Shown here: one piece after another, positions 12,331 through 25,325 of the stretch
How the letters are laid out: each line of letters begins with the position of its first letter
Position numbering within the stretch: the stretch's first letter is position 1
Assembly (NCBI GenBank): GCA_040285855.1
Contig: JAUFOQ010000004.1
Location: 2,542,001-2,606,000, forward strand
Direction of reading: 5' to 3'
Length of the DNA stretch: 64,000 nucleotides
DNA from: Eukaryota sp. GEM-RC1
Taxonomy: Eukaryota
Notes under the pieces: model-generated
What the model saw: the letters and a program-made list of their open reading frames with translations, nothing else
Told to the model about the DNA's origin: nothing
The model's database searches: none
Made by a program: the position numbers and the translations under genes

Positions 12331-13490
12331 ATGTCCCTTGCGTATCATCTCTCAAATCAACATAAGTGCATTGCCCTTGTCCTCAGTTCCTTCCAGAAGT
12401 TTGTGTCATCTTCAGTAGATTCATTGGACACCACTACCGCCCAAGAGTTTGTCACCTTCTTCTCACAATACGCTTGTGGCTTCCATGATGCATTTGAAGA
12501 AGAGTTTATCTACAAGAATGCCCTCCAACTTGAGGATATTATAGACTGTGTGTTGGTCATCGAAAAGGAACACATAAGACTACAAGGTTTGTCCCCGTTT
12601 GTTCTCTTATCATAGATCTCTGTAAGGAAATGGAGAAAGCTCTTTCCGGTCCATTGTCAACTTTCAAGAAGATCGCAACTCAATACTTCAGTTGTCAGTT
12701 ATTCCATGACTATGTTGAAGATACTCAGCTCTTTCCTAAGCTCTCCATGTACATTGGGGAGTTTGATTTGGAGAAGTCAAATGCAGATTTAGAATGCCGA
12801 AACTTGGAAATTGATCATCTTGAAAACCTCGGATATTCATTGATCGCCAAGTTTCTTCCTGACAACGTTGACTACTTCTTCTCCTGGGAATCCTTCACCA
12901 ATAGTTGTACTGCTAGCTTTGATCCTGTGTTTGCTCACTTGAAGAACGACCATCAACTTATTCTCAATGTGATTTCTTCCTTCGAGAAGAAGTTTGTAGC
13001 AGATACTTGTCCGGAATCTCGAAAAGTTCATAGTGCTGTCTTTATCTCTTTCCTGTCACGCTACTTTCTAGACGTTCATTCAAAGAAAGAATCTGATGTT
13101 CTTTTTCCCATTGCTAAACAGCTTGGATTTCCCTCTGATTTTGGACCCTTACCTGTTTTGATTGGAGATCTTGAATATATTAGAGATTTGATTACTGATT
13201 GTCAAGATTCAGATCGATTAATTGATGATGCTGATTGCGTTTTTGATCTCATTTCTGATGTTAGAATCCTCCTAAAGAGTAAGTCAGGTGTTTTATATAG
13301 ACTTATGAATTTCCACCTTGCTGAACATGGTTTTGCTGACTCTCAAAAGGTTTTAGCTGAATTTGAACTACTTGAAGATAATTGCCGTTCTCTGTTTGAT
13401 GAGCTTGATGACGTGTTTGTTTTTTCTCAGGATCAAAATGGATATAATGTTCGACAATCTGAGTGCATCCAGCGAGGTATTATTCTCTAG
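12331..13490 (+). CDS. Tandem hemerythrin-like (HHE) domain protein, copy 2; intron 12587-12615
   Basis: Paralog of copy 1 with an intact frame after splicing. Confidence 0.78.
12587..12615 (+). other. 29-nt spliceosomal intron
   Basis: GTTTGT...CTTATCATAG at the same position as in the paralog. Confidence 0.9.
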
Positions 13491-13734
13491 ACTTTTTTGG
13501 TGGTTAGTTTGATAGTTTTCCTAGTTACATATTCTAGTTTTTCAAAATTTATTGCATCTCTGTTATTTGGAATTTTCTAAAAATTTGAAATGACCATATT
13601 GATTAGATCTTCATAGTTTGCATCTATTTAAAAAGAAACAGTTTCAGTTGTAGGTGTACAAATTGTTAGAGTTGAAAAACTACGTACAGTAGTTCAAATG
13701 GTCAAGGATTCTTAAACCAGGCCGTAATATTTCC

Positions 13735-15998
13735 ATGTTGATATGTCCAACAACTTTCTCATTCAAACTGTCCTCAAAAGCTTCATCGTGTCTTGTTTCT
13801 ATCCAAGTAACACTAACTGATAACAACCAAGCTTCTCCAAATCACAAACCTCTACTTCTATCTTCTTTTCTTGTTGACAAGACCGTCTCCGTTATTGACC
13901 TTAATGACGAGATCTTCCTCCCTCTACCTCCTTTTCTCCATCCGTCCTCTAAGCTAGTCTTCTCAGTTACTGCCGTTAGCTCTTTCCTAACAGAGGATCT
14001 CATTGGAAGCGTCTCCTTAAATCTTTTCAACAACAATTCTCTCAACTTTGGTCACCACTTACTTTCTCTTTCTGGTTCATCCATTCTTTTTTCTCCTATC
14101 AGCTTCTCCTTGTCCTCCCCTCACTGCCTTTGCTCCTTGGTGTTAGTTCTTAAAGAGTCAAAGTCTGGGAATGTTGTTATTCCAGTAGAAAGTCAGATAA
14201 ATTCTACGATTTTCCATGGAAACCCATTGACTTCTTTAAATGTCTTGTTAGAAAAGAGCGGAATCACGTCACATACCAATCTATCTGTCGATGAGAGCAA
14301 TCGTTTGATTGAAATAATCAATCAACGGTTAAAAACTCCTCTTGATTTTGACCTTCCAATTTCTGATTTAGAGCTCATCTGGAAGAGTCGACGGTCAAAA
14401 ATCTTAATCAATTCACATCATGGACTATCTCTTCTATTGAGCTCCTTTAGCTTCAATGATTCATGGAAGTTTGAAGAAGTCTTAAGACTCCTTGAGAATT
14501 CCTGGTCTTTTGTCCCATTCGAAAGTCTGTTTTTAACACTTGGACAATTTTCACTTTATTTTGATTTTAATAATTCAATTTCGGTGGATTCCCAAGCCAA
14601 ATTTGAGATTTTTGTTTCCAAAAGACCTTTTATTCACCATTATTGTAAACTTTTAATTACTATCATTTTTTCAAAATTATGTCTTCATTTAAAAGAAGAA
14701 ACGGTTCCGAGTTGGGTAAATTTAAAGACAATTTTACCCACCTTGATTTTCCAATTTCCATTGATTTGGTATTTTGAAGGTGATTGTGAAGATCACGTTT
14801 TGATTGGAACTTTGATTGAGCTCACTAAAGGTGATTTTCGGTATTTTTCACAGCTATATTGGCTTTTAAGAACTGAAGAAAAGAGATTTTTCAACCGAAA
14901 TTTCTATGATTTGGCAGTATATTTGAAAAAAGTGCGACGACTTCTAATCAAACATTTTAAAAATTCTGAAGTTTCCAAATTATTCACACAACGAGACTTT
15001 ATTCGTATTATCCAACAATATTCATCGTCAATCAAACAAAAAACTGCTCAATCAAGTCCAAAAACCCCCTTGACTTCCGAAGACCAACACTCGTTATTTT
15101 TGACCCGAATAGAATCTTTTCTTTCTAAGAACAACGTATATTTCCCATTTCATAATTTTAAATTCAAGCACTTAACTAGCGATGGCATTGAAGCTAAAGT
15201 TAAGATCTTTAGTAGTGCCCAGAAACCAATATTGTTAGCTTTGAATCAAAATATCGGAGTAATTTTTAAAATTGGTGATGATTTAAGAAATGACCATTTT
15301 TGTCTGTCGTTGATTGAGCTCATGACGAGTTTCCTTCAATCATCTGGTTCTTTTAGGTCAAAAAACCCTCTAATTTCTTATTCTGTTATTCCAACTGGTC
15401 ATTTAGAAGGTATAATAGAAGTTATACCAAACATTAAACCAATGTCTTCAATACCAGAAATATCTTCCTTTTTTCCGACAATTCAAACTTAAATAATTCA
15501 TCCACCATGCTAACTAACTTTATTGACACCCTTGCTGCTTCAGTAGTTGTCACCTTTATCATTGGTGTTGGAGATCGACATTTGGATAATATTTTGTTCC
15601 AAATAGACACTGGAAAAGTTGTTCATATTGACTTTGGGTTTATTTGTGATTTGGACCCTAAGTTCTTCCAACCTTCAATCAGATTGGTTCAGGATTGGGT
15701 AAGGCTCATGGGAGACAGATTTTCAGAGTTTCAAGATTTGTGCTGTACGTTTTATTCTTGTTTAAGGAAAAACGCGTCTGTTATTTTGTCTTATGTCAGC
15801 AGTTGCCTAAATTCAGAGCTTCAATCCTTTTTGATTGTTGGTAAAGAGAAAGTAATTGATAATCTACAGAAAAAGTTTGCCCTCCATTTGACGGAAGAGG
15901 AAAGTTTTGGACTGATTAGGGATCAGATTGAGATCGCTTATAGGTCAGTTTTTGCCAAATTAAATGAAACAGCTCATCGATTGGCTTCAAAAACTTGA
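13735..15998 (+). CDS. VPS34: Class III PI3-kinase Vps34-like; frameshift near 15470
   Basis: IFSSAQKP, IFKIGDDLRND, IIGVGDRHLDNIL, HIDFGFI..DPK, and a C-terminal helix ending in H-R-L-A. Confidence 0.85.
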
Positions 15999-17159
15999 AA
16001 ATTGTTACACTTTTTGACTTTTGAACAAAAAAAACACTGTGTTTATTGCACTGTAGTAGTTTTAAAAAATTTCTAATATTTTTAAATGGATTATGTTGAT
16101 TGTAAATATTGTACATTTTTCTGTCTTTAAGTGCATCTTAACTAATTTTGAATTTTTTCGTGTTCTCTGTCTAATTAAAATATTAAAATATTCTAAAAGT
16201 CGGAAGTAATGGAGTGTAGAATCTTGAACTTTTCTTTGTGTGTAACTGACTTTAGCACATTTAACCCCATCTCCAAAACTTTACATACAGTTAAAAGTAG
16301 ATTTCAAAATTGGATCCAAGACAGGTACGAGTGTAACTCTGATAACTAATACAATGTATAAATTGATAAAACCAATACTAAAATGAGCAGAAATAAACAA
16401 ATGACTTCAACCTCGAACAACGATGCAAAAAAAATCAATCCTCAACTCGTTTTAAAGATGAACAACCCTCTTAAGAGCGATTGTAGGAGCTCTAGATTTC
16501 AAAAGATGAGTGGCTTTTTCAGGAGTAGCAAATGTTTAAAATAAAAAACTTACTATGGTTTTTCATTGTCATATGAAGAAATGGTGTTGAGTTCTGAACC
16601 AATATTTTCCAAACAATTAGATAATTCCTGAGAAATTTTTGGAACATTCGCAGCCTACATCCTAGAAAACGAAAAGCGTCTTCAACATAATTGATAAATG
16701 GAATCTGAACTCCATTAATATATAATTCTTGTGTAGATCTACCAATTAGTAAACATTTGTCTGGGTTCAGAGATAAACCTAATGTATCATAAATATCAGC
16801 CTTCCACAGCGACCTTTTTTAACTAATCAAGGGGACCAATATTGAAGATATCATCAAATGACTATGACCTTCAAGTGATTTATTTCACTTGCAAGTGCAT
16901 TCATTCGTGGTCGACTTTGTCTTTGCTCTTCACAATTTGGAACCAATTGGCTCTGGTGGTTTTATGCGCAGAGCTACTGTGTTACTATAGAATCAATCCA
17001 GGTTCACACTTTTCTGTGGATCCTCACTATGTTGGTCCGTCTTTGCCTACAGTTTTGTGTCATTGATTAGATCTGATCTTGTTTTCTACCTAACAATGTA
17101 ACGATCAGTGTCTACAAGGTTTCAACAAAAGTCTTTCCACACTTTTCTTCTTACTAAAC

Positions 17160-17829
17160 ATGCAGCTTGTTGACCTCTCTCATGTCATCAGAAATGGTCT
17201 GCCCGTATATGTATGTACACTTGCTTATCGTCTCATTTCATCCTGGAACTGAACCTATTTCAGTTGAGCAGGCTAACAGTATTCCTGTTCATGGATACGA
17301 AGAAGTCAAGTTGACCATCACTTCCCATGTTGGTACTCACATCGATCTCCCTTCTCACATGAAAGTTGGTGCTGAAAACATCTCCACAGCTCCTGTTTCT
17401 AAGTATTACGGCCCCGCTATCAAGGTTGATGTACGTCATGTATCAGGTCTCATCAATATTGAAGATTTGAAGCCCTTTGAAGAAACCATCTCTAAGTCTG
17501 ACTTTTTGATTCTTCAAACCGGTCATGATCAGTACTTTGGTTCTGACCAGTACTTTGAAGGATTTCCAGTATTATCTCCTGATGCTGCGTCTTATATCAT
17601 TAAGGTCAACCCTGACATTAAGGGGGTTGGAATGGACTGCATTTCTCCTGATCCATGTGATACTACTACGTTTGATATTCACCATATCCTATTCAATCAT
17701 AACATGGTCATTATTGAAAATCTGAAGGATCTCGATGCAATTCCTTCAAATGTCTTTACTTTTGCAGGGTTTCCAATGCACATTGAAAACGGAGATGGAT
17801 CTCCCATCCGAGCTGTAGCTATTGTTTAA
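17160..17829 (+). CDS. Cyclase family / kynurenine formamidase (KynB)-like metal hydrolase; intron 17211-17241
   Basis: MQLVDLSH..GLPVY|PGTEP, HVGTHIDLPSH, IENL and GDGSPIRAVA. Confidence 0.9.
17211..17241 (+). other. 31-nt intron with non-canonical GT-AT ends (or a base-call error)
   Basis: GTATGT...CTCATTTCAT. Exact removal restores the conserved PVYPG. Confidence 0.75.
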
Positions 17830-18042
17830 TCAATAGATGATCTTTGTGACTTTTTGTTTATTTTGTTTATTTTTTTATAAAGGTTTATCGATAAGATTTG
17901 GATTATGTTTGAGTCAACTCAATTGATCAGCTACATACTAACAAGGAGGTTGATCAACTAGAATCAGCTACATACTGTTGATCAACTAGAAGTTCAAACG
18001 AAAAACAATTAATCTTCAACACCTTAACAACACTACTAGTAA

Positions 18043-19893
18043 ATGTCTCTTTCAATTAAACATTGTTGGGGTTTTAATGGTACTCTACCTCACTCTTTAG
18101 TTGCTGTACATGACAAACTCTTCTATGTTTCTGGTGGAACTTTGATCGATTCAGATCTCTCTTTTGAAGTGCAAAACTTCTATCGAGGACATGACAACAA
18201 CATTACAGCCATAGACTGTTCTCCAGATGGTTTAACTGCTGCCACAGGTTGTGATGGATACAATAGTGACATTTGTGTGTGGGATATTTACCACAAATCT
18301 CTCTTATACCGCCTCTCTGAACATGATAACACCATCTCCTCACTCTCTTTCTCCGACGATTGTCGCTTCCTCGTATCTACTGGTGGTATCCATTCAATAT
18401 CTGATGGACATTTCTACGTGTGGGACATCAAAACAGGCTGCTACGTCACTTCTGGTTCCTGTGATCTTCCCTCTGTCCTTGCAGTTAAATGGGCAGACAG
18501 AGTTCTTGATATTAAAGGGAGAAAAACTGACCTTTTCCAGTTCATTGTGATTGGTGAATCTGGGGCAAGATTGATTGTTTTTGACCCTCAATCAGGTGAC
18601 GTGATGGAAGTAATCAAACCTTCACTCGGAACCTTTCATCGACAATTCACAGGTAGCATTGCTTTCTCAGCAGATTATCACAATGTTTACCTTGGAACTA
18701 GCAGTGGTGACGTATGCGTGTTTTCTATTAAAACACGTACCTTCACTCTTACTTCAGTTGTTCCAGTAACTTCAGGAGGTGTGTCGTCTCTATTAGCTCA
18801 ACCACGAGGATTCTTAGCTGGAGGAGGTAACGGAAACATTGTGGGAATTGAATTCAACGGAAGTCAAGAGAAGAACGCAATCAAAGTTCTTTCTCAGAAG
18901 GTAGGTAGTTCGGTGACCTCCATGAATGATTGTGATGGTAAACTCATTATTGGATGTTCCTCAGGTACCATCTACGCACTCAGAATGACTCAACGTGACA
19001 CACGTGGTTGTTTTGGACTTTTGACCGAGAAAAAGCTTGAAAATCACAATCAAGCTGTATCAAGTGTCGTTTACAAAGAGTCTGGTCAAGTCTATTCCCT
19101 TTCTGATGATCTCACTCTTCGTTGCTGGAATTCTCGAGACTTCTCGTGTATGTCCACTGGTTATATTAGATCCTCTTACTGTGGTGCTTCACTTTCTCTT
19201 GCTGTTGGATCTGTGTTGGCTTTTGCTGGTCATGAAGATGGCCAGATCAGATGCTTTGATGCGGAGAGAGGTGGAGATATGTTGTGGTCGTTAAGTACAT
19301 CCCAGTCTGCTGTTAATTCTGTTAAATTATTTAAAAATGAGAGATATTTCATGACTGGTACTGGTGATGGTTGTGTAAGGACATGGGATGTCCGCAAACA
19401 ATCGTTGATGACCCAGTTTAAAAACCACAGGCAATCAGTCTCAGATGTTTCCCTAATCAATAATGATGCTTATGCCATTTCAGTCTCTAAAGATAGCTAT
19501 TTAAACGTAACAGATCTATCTTCTCAAGCTAAAATCTCTAGTTTTAAAGCTAGTGGTCCCCTAACTAGATGTAGTGTTTCCAGGAATGAAAGAGTTGTCT
19601 ATGGAACGTCATCTGATGGCAGTTTGACAGTTTTTGATCTATCTGTACGTGATCCAGTTCATGTGATTAATATTGATAACAAACCTTCCTTGACTTGCGT
19701 TGACTTGAGCTCTTCTGGTGATTTGTTGGCAGTGGGGGCCAATGATTCGTTGGTTTACTTGTTAGATACTAGAAATATGCAACAAGTAGTGGCTGGGCTT
19801 GGTCATTCTGCTACGGTGCGTGACGTGGCATTTGGTAGAAGTCAATTGATTTCTTGTGGTAATGACTCTGCTGTTACACTTTGGGATGTTTAA
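18043..19893 (+). CDS. WD40-repeat protein, CFAP52/WDR16-like
   Basis: N-terminal GFNG..QNFYRGHDNNIT and multiple WD repeats over ~616 aa. Confidence 0.7.
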   Translation: MSLSIKHCWGFNGTLPHSLVAVHDKLFYVSGGTLIDSDLSFEVQNFYRGHDNNITAIDCSPDGLTAATGCDGYNSDICVWDIYHKSLLYRLSEHDNTISSLSFSDDCRFLVSTGGIHSISDGHFYVWDIKTGCYVTSGSCDLPSVLAVKWADRVLDIKGRKTDLFQFIVIGESGARLIVFDPQSGDVMEVIKPSLGTFHRQFTGSIAFSADYHNVYLGTSSGDVCVFSIKTRTFTLTSVVPVTSGGVSSLLAQPRGFLAGGGNGNIVGIEFNGSQEKNAIKVLSQKVGSSVTSMNDCDGKLIIGCSSGTIYALRMTQRDTRGCFGLLTEKKLENHNQAVSSVVYKESGQVYSLSDDLTLRCWNSRDFSCMSTGYIRSSYCGASLSLAVGSVLAFAGHEDGQIRCFDAERGGDMLWSLSTSQSAVNSVKLFKNERYFMTGTGDGCVRTWDVRKQSLMTQFKNHRQSVSDVSLINNDAYAISVSKDSYLNVTDLSSQAKISSFKASGPLTRCSVSRNERVVYGTSSDGSLTVFDLSVRDPVHVINIDNKPSLTCVDLSSSGDLLAVGANDSLVYLLDTRNMQQVVAGLGHSATVRDVAFGRSQLISCGNDSAVTLWDV

Positions 19894-20152
19894 ATATTTT
19901 AATATTTGTAAAATACAATAATTTTTATTATAGAATTATTATTTGAAACAAAAACTAACAATCAAAGCTTAAGCCTTTTCCTTCATAGACACTATTCAGA
20001 GCTAAAAGAGCGTTTGTCATTATAACATGAATTGATATAAAGTAAACACAATGCGATTCAGCCAAATTGATTGATCAAAAATGAGTGAGGAAAAGATCAG
20101 TCTTAATTGCCATAGCAATAGTGAAATATGATACAATTTACCGTTACTTGAG

Positions 20153-20635
20153 TATGGTTGTTAAAATGAGCCGAGTCAAGCCTACCAATTGCAGCTTGAC
20201 TTGACTCATGAGTCAACCAAGCCTGACTCATTTTGGATGCTCTTTTCTATTGTACTTTATATCATGGCGTGGTGGTACATGGCAAGTATGGAAGTTATGG
20301 TACTACTAATGCATTTGTACAGCTGTCAAAGATTTACTTGACTTCTTAACTCGGCTCAAGCCGTAAGCCGATCGACTTGAGCCAAGTCAGATCCAAATTT
20401 GCCTTGACTTACTCAAATGGCTCAAGTCAAAACCAAGTCAGTTTGGATTTCTCCAAGCCAAACCATATGACTCAAGCCGTTGATATGTGTGATTTGCAGG
20501 ATTGTGTTTTTGAGTCGGGTGCGTGCGGACTCTCTGATTTGAATCTCTCCTGACTCAGCTCGAGTCAGGTTTCGTTGACTCATGAGTCGAGCCAAGCTTG
20601 AACTCAGCTTGACTGGACTCATTTTAACATTCTTA
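20153..20635. mobile_element. MITE-like element with GACTC/GAGTC subterminal repeats (hAT-like)
   Basis: Inverted ends TGTTAAAATGAG.C.AGTCAAGC and dense GACTCA/TGAGTC repeats. No clean TSD. Confidence 0.6.
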
Positions 20636-20711
20636 GATACACCAGTTGAACCCTAGTTGAGGTATCTTCCTACCTACCGTCATATCTCAACGACTCGTTT
20701 ATTGGGCAATA

Positions 20712-21434
20712 CAGTCAGGTTCCTATAATTTCAACCCTATCCGGACCTTGAAATTACAGGAACCTTGAAATTATAGGATCTCTCTATCTTCTCAAGTACT
20801 TTCACTCATGATACACTCTGTAGTCACTGTGTAACCTAATAAAACACCAATTCTTCATTGTATTGCTTAGTCCTTCACATGGATCGAACTGATCCGATAA
20901 GTGTTCATATCTTGTTGATCTTGTCGTCCGCAAGGGTGTCAAATTATGTTCTTTTCCGTGGACTTCATCAACGTAACGTGTAGAGCTGAGTTCTGCATGT
21001 TTCAGACCACATTCAACAAGATTTGCGGAAACGAGTAACCAACAGTACTACCACAACAACGAAGAAGACGTTTGTGTTGTATAGTTATGTATTTTGGGAT
21101 GTAAGTGAGTGGAAGAATCCACAAGTTGAAACGCAGGCAAACGCGAAAACACGATTTGTGACACACATAGTAACATCAAACTGACTCTATCGATCATCAG
21201 CATAGCTAGAACGTACTTAGAGAACTATCTGAAGTCTAAAGGCTCGACAACAGGAAATTCCATGTAGACTCATATCAACGTTTCAGAAGATGCACTTAAG
21301 TTGTTGTAGTGGCTGACAGCAGTTATATTAGAGAAAAGTTGATGTTAGAGGTATCGGAAGGGTGTAACATTTTGGGACCTTGAAATTAGAGGAACCTTGA
21401 AATTATAGGGGTTGAAATTACAGGAACCTGACTG
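20712..21434. mobile_element. Tc1/mariner-pogo-type MITE (723 bp)
   Basis: TIRs CAGTCAGGTTCCT(A/G)TAATTTCAACCC, TA on both flanks, and internal GGA(A)CCTTGAAATTA repeats. Confidence 0.85.
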
Positions 21435-23599
21435 TACCAAAGAATGACTTCTTTTTAATTTTGTAATTCTGCTCCGTGAAAGAAGTAATTTCTTTTACTT
21501 ATTTCTTCAGAACTTCAATTAAGTAATCACATCAATACTAAACATTTAGAATGTACTTATTTGTTTATTGATTTTGAACCATCAAATTTATATATTTTCC
21601 AAGATGAAGGGTTGCTGAAAGTCTAGAAATTTTAAAAAAAGATATTCATAATTGATCTTATAAATGATATATGAGAGGAAATACTGCACTTGCACTGAAC
21701 ATCTATAGGACAATCATTAAAAACGGAACTTTCACAACTCAATCTTATACTTAAAACAATTTTATTAGATTAATTACTTTTGGGGGTCTGTAAAAACTAG
21801 CAAAGATCTTCGTTTAGATTCAAATTTTGCATTTATGGATTTTTTTATGATCTTTTTTTGATTTAAATATCCATGTCTTAGTTTAATTTCATTAGAATTC
21901 CAAATCCCACGTCATCAACTTGATGACGTCATCATTCTGGAATAACCAAGGCCAGAGATACAATGGAAACCCTTTAGATGTTGTTATGAAAAGACCAATA
22001 GCGAGCACACCATAGTCCTTTTTCAAAAATAAAAGATTAATACTTTTAGATTATGATTACATTATTACTCTGTGGTGTCAAGAACAAAATGTCCAAAATA
22101 AATTCCAATGTTTTGTAAAGACAATCTTCATGGAAAGGTGGTGCTATTTCCACCACTTTTTCAAGTACAAGTCGATAATCGTTTTAAAAGAAGTGGAAAT
22201 CAATATCAAGAAGTTCTCTATACCAGATGGCAGTATTGCAGAGTACTTAGCTCTAGTCCTATACAGTAGATTTAAGCAGTATTTAGTACTACTGTATAGG
22301 ACTAGCCGCAGTATCAGCTGACATCTCGGTCTAACCAAAATATACTTTAATTTACTTGGTGGCTGGGATTAAGAACACCTTCTTTGAAGGAGTGAATGAC
22401 AGCAATTACGGCAATCTTGGGAGCTCCACAATAATAGCGTCTATGTTTGTGGAAGATTCTGGCAATCCAGAATGAATACATATGGATTTACAGTGTCCAT
22501 GTGTTCTGAACTACTGAACCATGAAGGCAAGGGAAGGTCAAATTTAGAGTGCTGTAGTGGATGTCTTTTGTCAAAGAATCATTACCTAAGTTAGAACAAT
22601 CCTTTCTAAGCAAGCAGATTCATAATATCAAACCATAACCTAGAGATCAAATAACGAAGTATTGAGGTCGTCCAAAGTGTCCGCACGAAGATTTGGGCAG
22701 TCTATTAAATATCTGGTAGACAATGAAGGAAAAGATTGTGGTGCATTGAGATGATTTATGGTACATCCTGTTATGTGTTGCATTTGATGAAATAAGTATA
22801 ATTTATGGTGCTTTAGATGGTGCATAAAGGTAAAGGCTAGATTAAATAGATTCGTTCAGTCTTACTTTAAAAAAAAGTCAATAGGTTGGAACCCAGAAGA
22901 CTGGAGAAAATCTTCAAACACAGAAGTAAAAAAATAAAAAAAGGTACTAGTAAGTGATTACGGGGAGAGTGGAATCATGGAAGGTCAATGAAAAGAGTCG
23001 TGCATCTCTAAATTCAGAAAAAATAATATATAAAAGAGTTATTCACATCACCCATTGTAAGACAGAAGGAATGACTTGAATTCAAGTTTAATACGTAGTC
23101 CACGTAGGTGGGTTTGTCCTGGAGGGGCGACAACAACTGTAAGGTAAAGTCCAGAGAACTGGCTTCAGAAGAAGTGACTGTCGAGCGTAGTTCAATTGGG
23201 ATGAAGCATTCTTGGATTTTGTGGAAGTCCCCAGGTGGAGAATCTATTGATGTAGCTTCTACAAGTAGTTGCTTAAAGTGATTGTTAGGATTGTTAATCA
23301 GTCCAAAGTAGAGACTTACAGTTCTAATCATTGGTTTTTTTAAAATGTAATAATTTGGAATAATACAAGGGAAACGTATTACTTCTTGACAATATTAAAT
23401 TTCATATTGAATTTTTGATGGAGAGTAGCAACAAACCATTTACATTTAATGTTTCTTATTTTGTATCGTGCAATTTTGACCATGTGGGACACTAAATCTC
23501 GGTACTAGTAAATCTTGATCCAAATTTTAGTGGAGTGATCAAAAATCTTGTTTATTTCTTGTAAGTTTAGAAAAAACTTCATCAATCAAGGGCACACTA

Positions 23600-24489
23600 A
23601 TAGATATCACAATGAGAGCAATGAAACCCTAGACACCGGAAATTCCTGGTCAACACTACTACAGTTCTTATACAACTTCATGATAATTGATTAAAAAACT
23701 TGGGCACCGAACGGAACAAAGCAATAATCAAACGGTTATACCAAATTGATAAGTTAAATCTCGTATTCGGAGACTTACACATAGATCCAAAATCAGTTAA
23801 AAACTTAGAAGCAATGTCACCAATACTACTAAAAAAGAAATATTAAATGAAACAAATACAAATTTTTAATATAGATATTTTGATTGAGTTTAGCAACATC
23901 TTTGGAATACAAATCAATATATTACGTTTTTCAGCTGTTTCTAGATGATTGAAACCTTGTGAATTGAAGCCATTAACATAAGTTTGACCACATGGATAAA
24001 CTGTTGTAGCATCAAGGATAATTTGACTAGAATCAACAAAAGGACCATGTAAGTCACCTCGACGAGAATTACTAATTAAATCAAGACCCCACTTACTAAA
24101 TAAGGGTTAAACTTTGGTATGAAATCCATGAGCTTTAAACATTTCTAATGTAACATCTCTTACATCACTATGAAGAACAGAACGAAACTGAATAAATTTG
24201 GGGCAATTAATTACATGTCTAAAAGTTGCATTGCGAGGATGACTAGATACAAATTCAGATTTGGCGAGCAATTCCGCAGAAAACAAACCTAAACGTAAGC
24301 GCATCTTTATAATTTCCAAGTCTCATCAGACAAATGCAAACCAAAAGGTCGTGGTTGTTGAGTGATCAAACAAGTGGAATTCTTAATATCATTTAAGAAA
24401 ACAGCAAAAACGGGATTATTTAGTAACACTAAAACGATTTGCGAAATCGAGGTTTTCAAATGGATAAATTTGAAACTTAACCCACACAC
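23600..24489 (-). mobile_element. 5'-truncated CRE-like non-LTR retrotransposon
   Basis: FGLHLSDE..MRLRLGL..FRHVINC..HGFHTKV, RRGDL and PD-(D/E)xK-like remnants. Confidence 0.8.
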
Positions 24490-24509
24490 AACGGGAGAGA
24501 CAATAGAGA

Positions 24510-25325
24510 TTTAGAAAACCTTAAATGTTCTCGTTTGCCAAGAAAATTTTGTTTTAATCTCAAGGATCATGAATGGCTTATAAACATGAGACTTAGGTTA
24601 AGTTTATGGCCTTCAGGTCTTTTGAAGCATTCTCCATGTCTTTGTGGTCGTTCAAAGGCTTCAAAGTTTCATCATTCAGTTAACTGTCATCAATTTATTC
24701 ATTTTCGATCAATTATTCACAACAGTATCCGGGATACATGTTTGGATATGTTTAAGGCTAATGGTTTTCATGGAAAAATTGAACCTTTACTTGCTAATCT
24801 TTCTGATCAGCCAAAAGTTGATAGAAGTCGTGGTGATTTGATTGGTCCTTGGTTATCTTGTCAGGAAATTATCATGGATTTCACGACTGTTGATCCTTGT
24901 AATTCAAGGTCAATTTCCAAAAATTTTGATGATTTTTCTGCTCTTGAAGTGGCTGAAAAAGGAACAATACAAATTACTGTCACTTAATTAACCAATTGAA
25001 TGTTGACAGGTACAATGTACAATTCTTTTGTGTTTCAACCTTTTGCGATGTCGATATACGGTAATATTGGACCAGCTGCACAAGGTTTTTTAACTTCTCT
25101 TGGTAAATTGTGTACTGAGTTGGTAAAGTTTTCAATGAAACTTTTTGGTTGAGTAGGTTAACGTTTGCGTTGTTTCGTTCAATGCACAGATATTTTAATT
25201 CAATTTTAGGTAAGTGGTTCGGTGATGGACAGAAGGATCATAGTTTAGATACTTTAGTTAGTGTCTGTTAGTTATTAACTTCTGCAAATGCATTATTTCA
25301 CTGACTGATCATAAACCCCGTTTTA
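24510..25325 (+). mobile_element. 5'-truncated CRE-like non-LTR retrotransposon
   Basis: CLC..H..C zinc knuckle and RGDL..DFTTVD..E.AEK restriction-like endonuclease motifs. Confidence 0.82.

Noticed and set aside
17923..17992. Short direct duplications (ATCAGCTACATACT and GTTGATCAACTAGAA, twice each) upstream of the WD40 gene
   Set aside because: Consistent with a local slippage duplication; no evidence of function.
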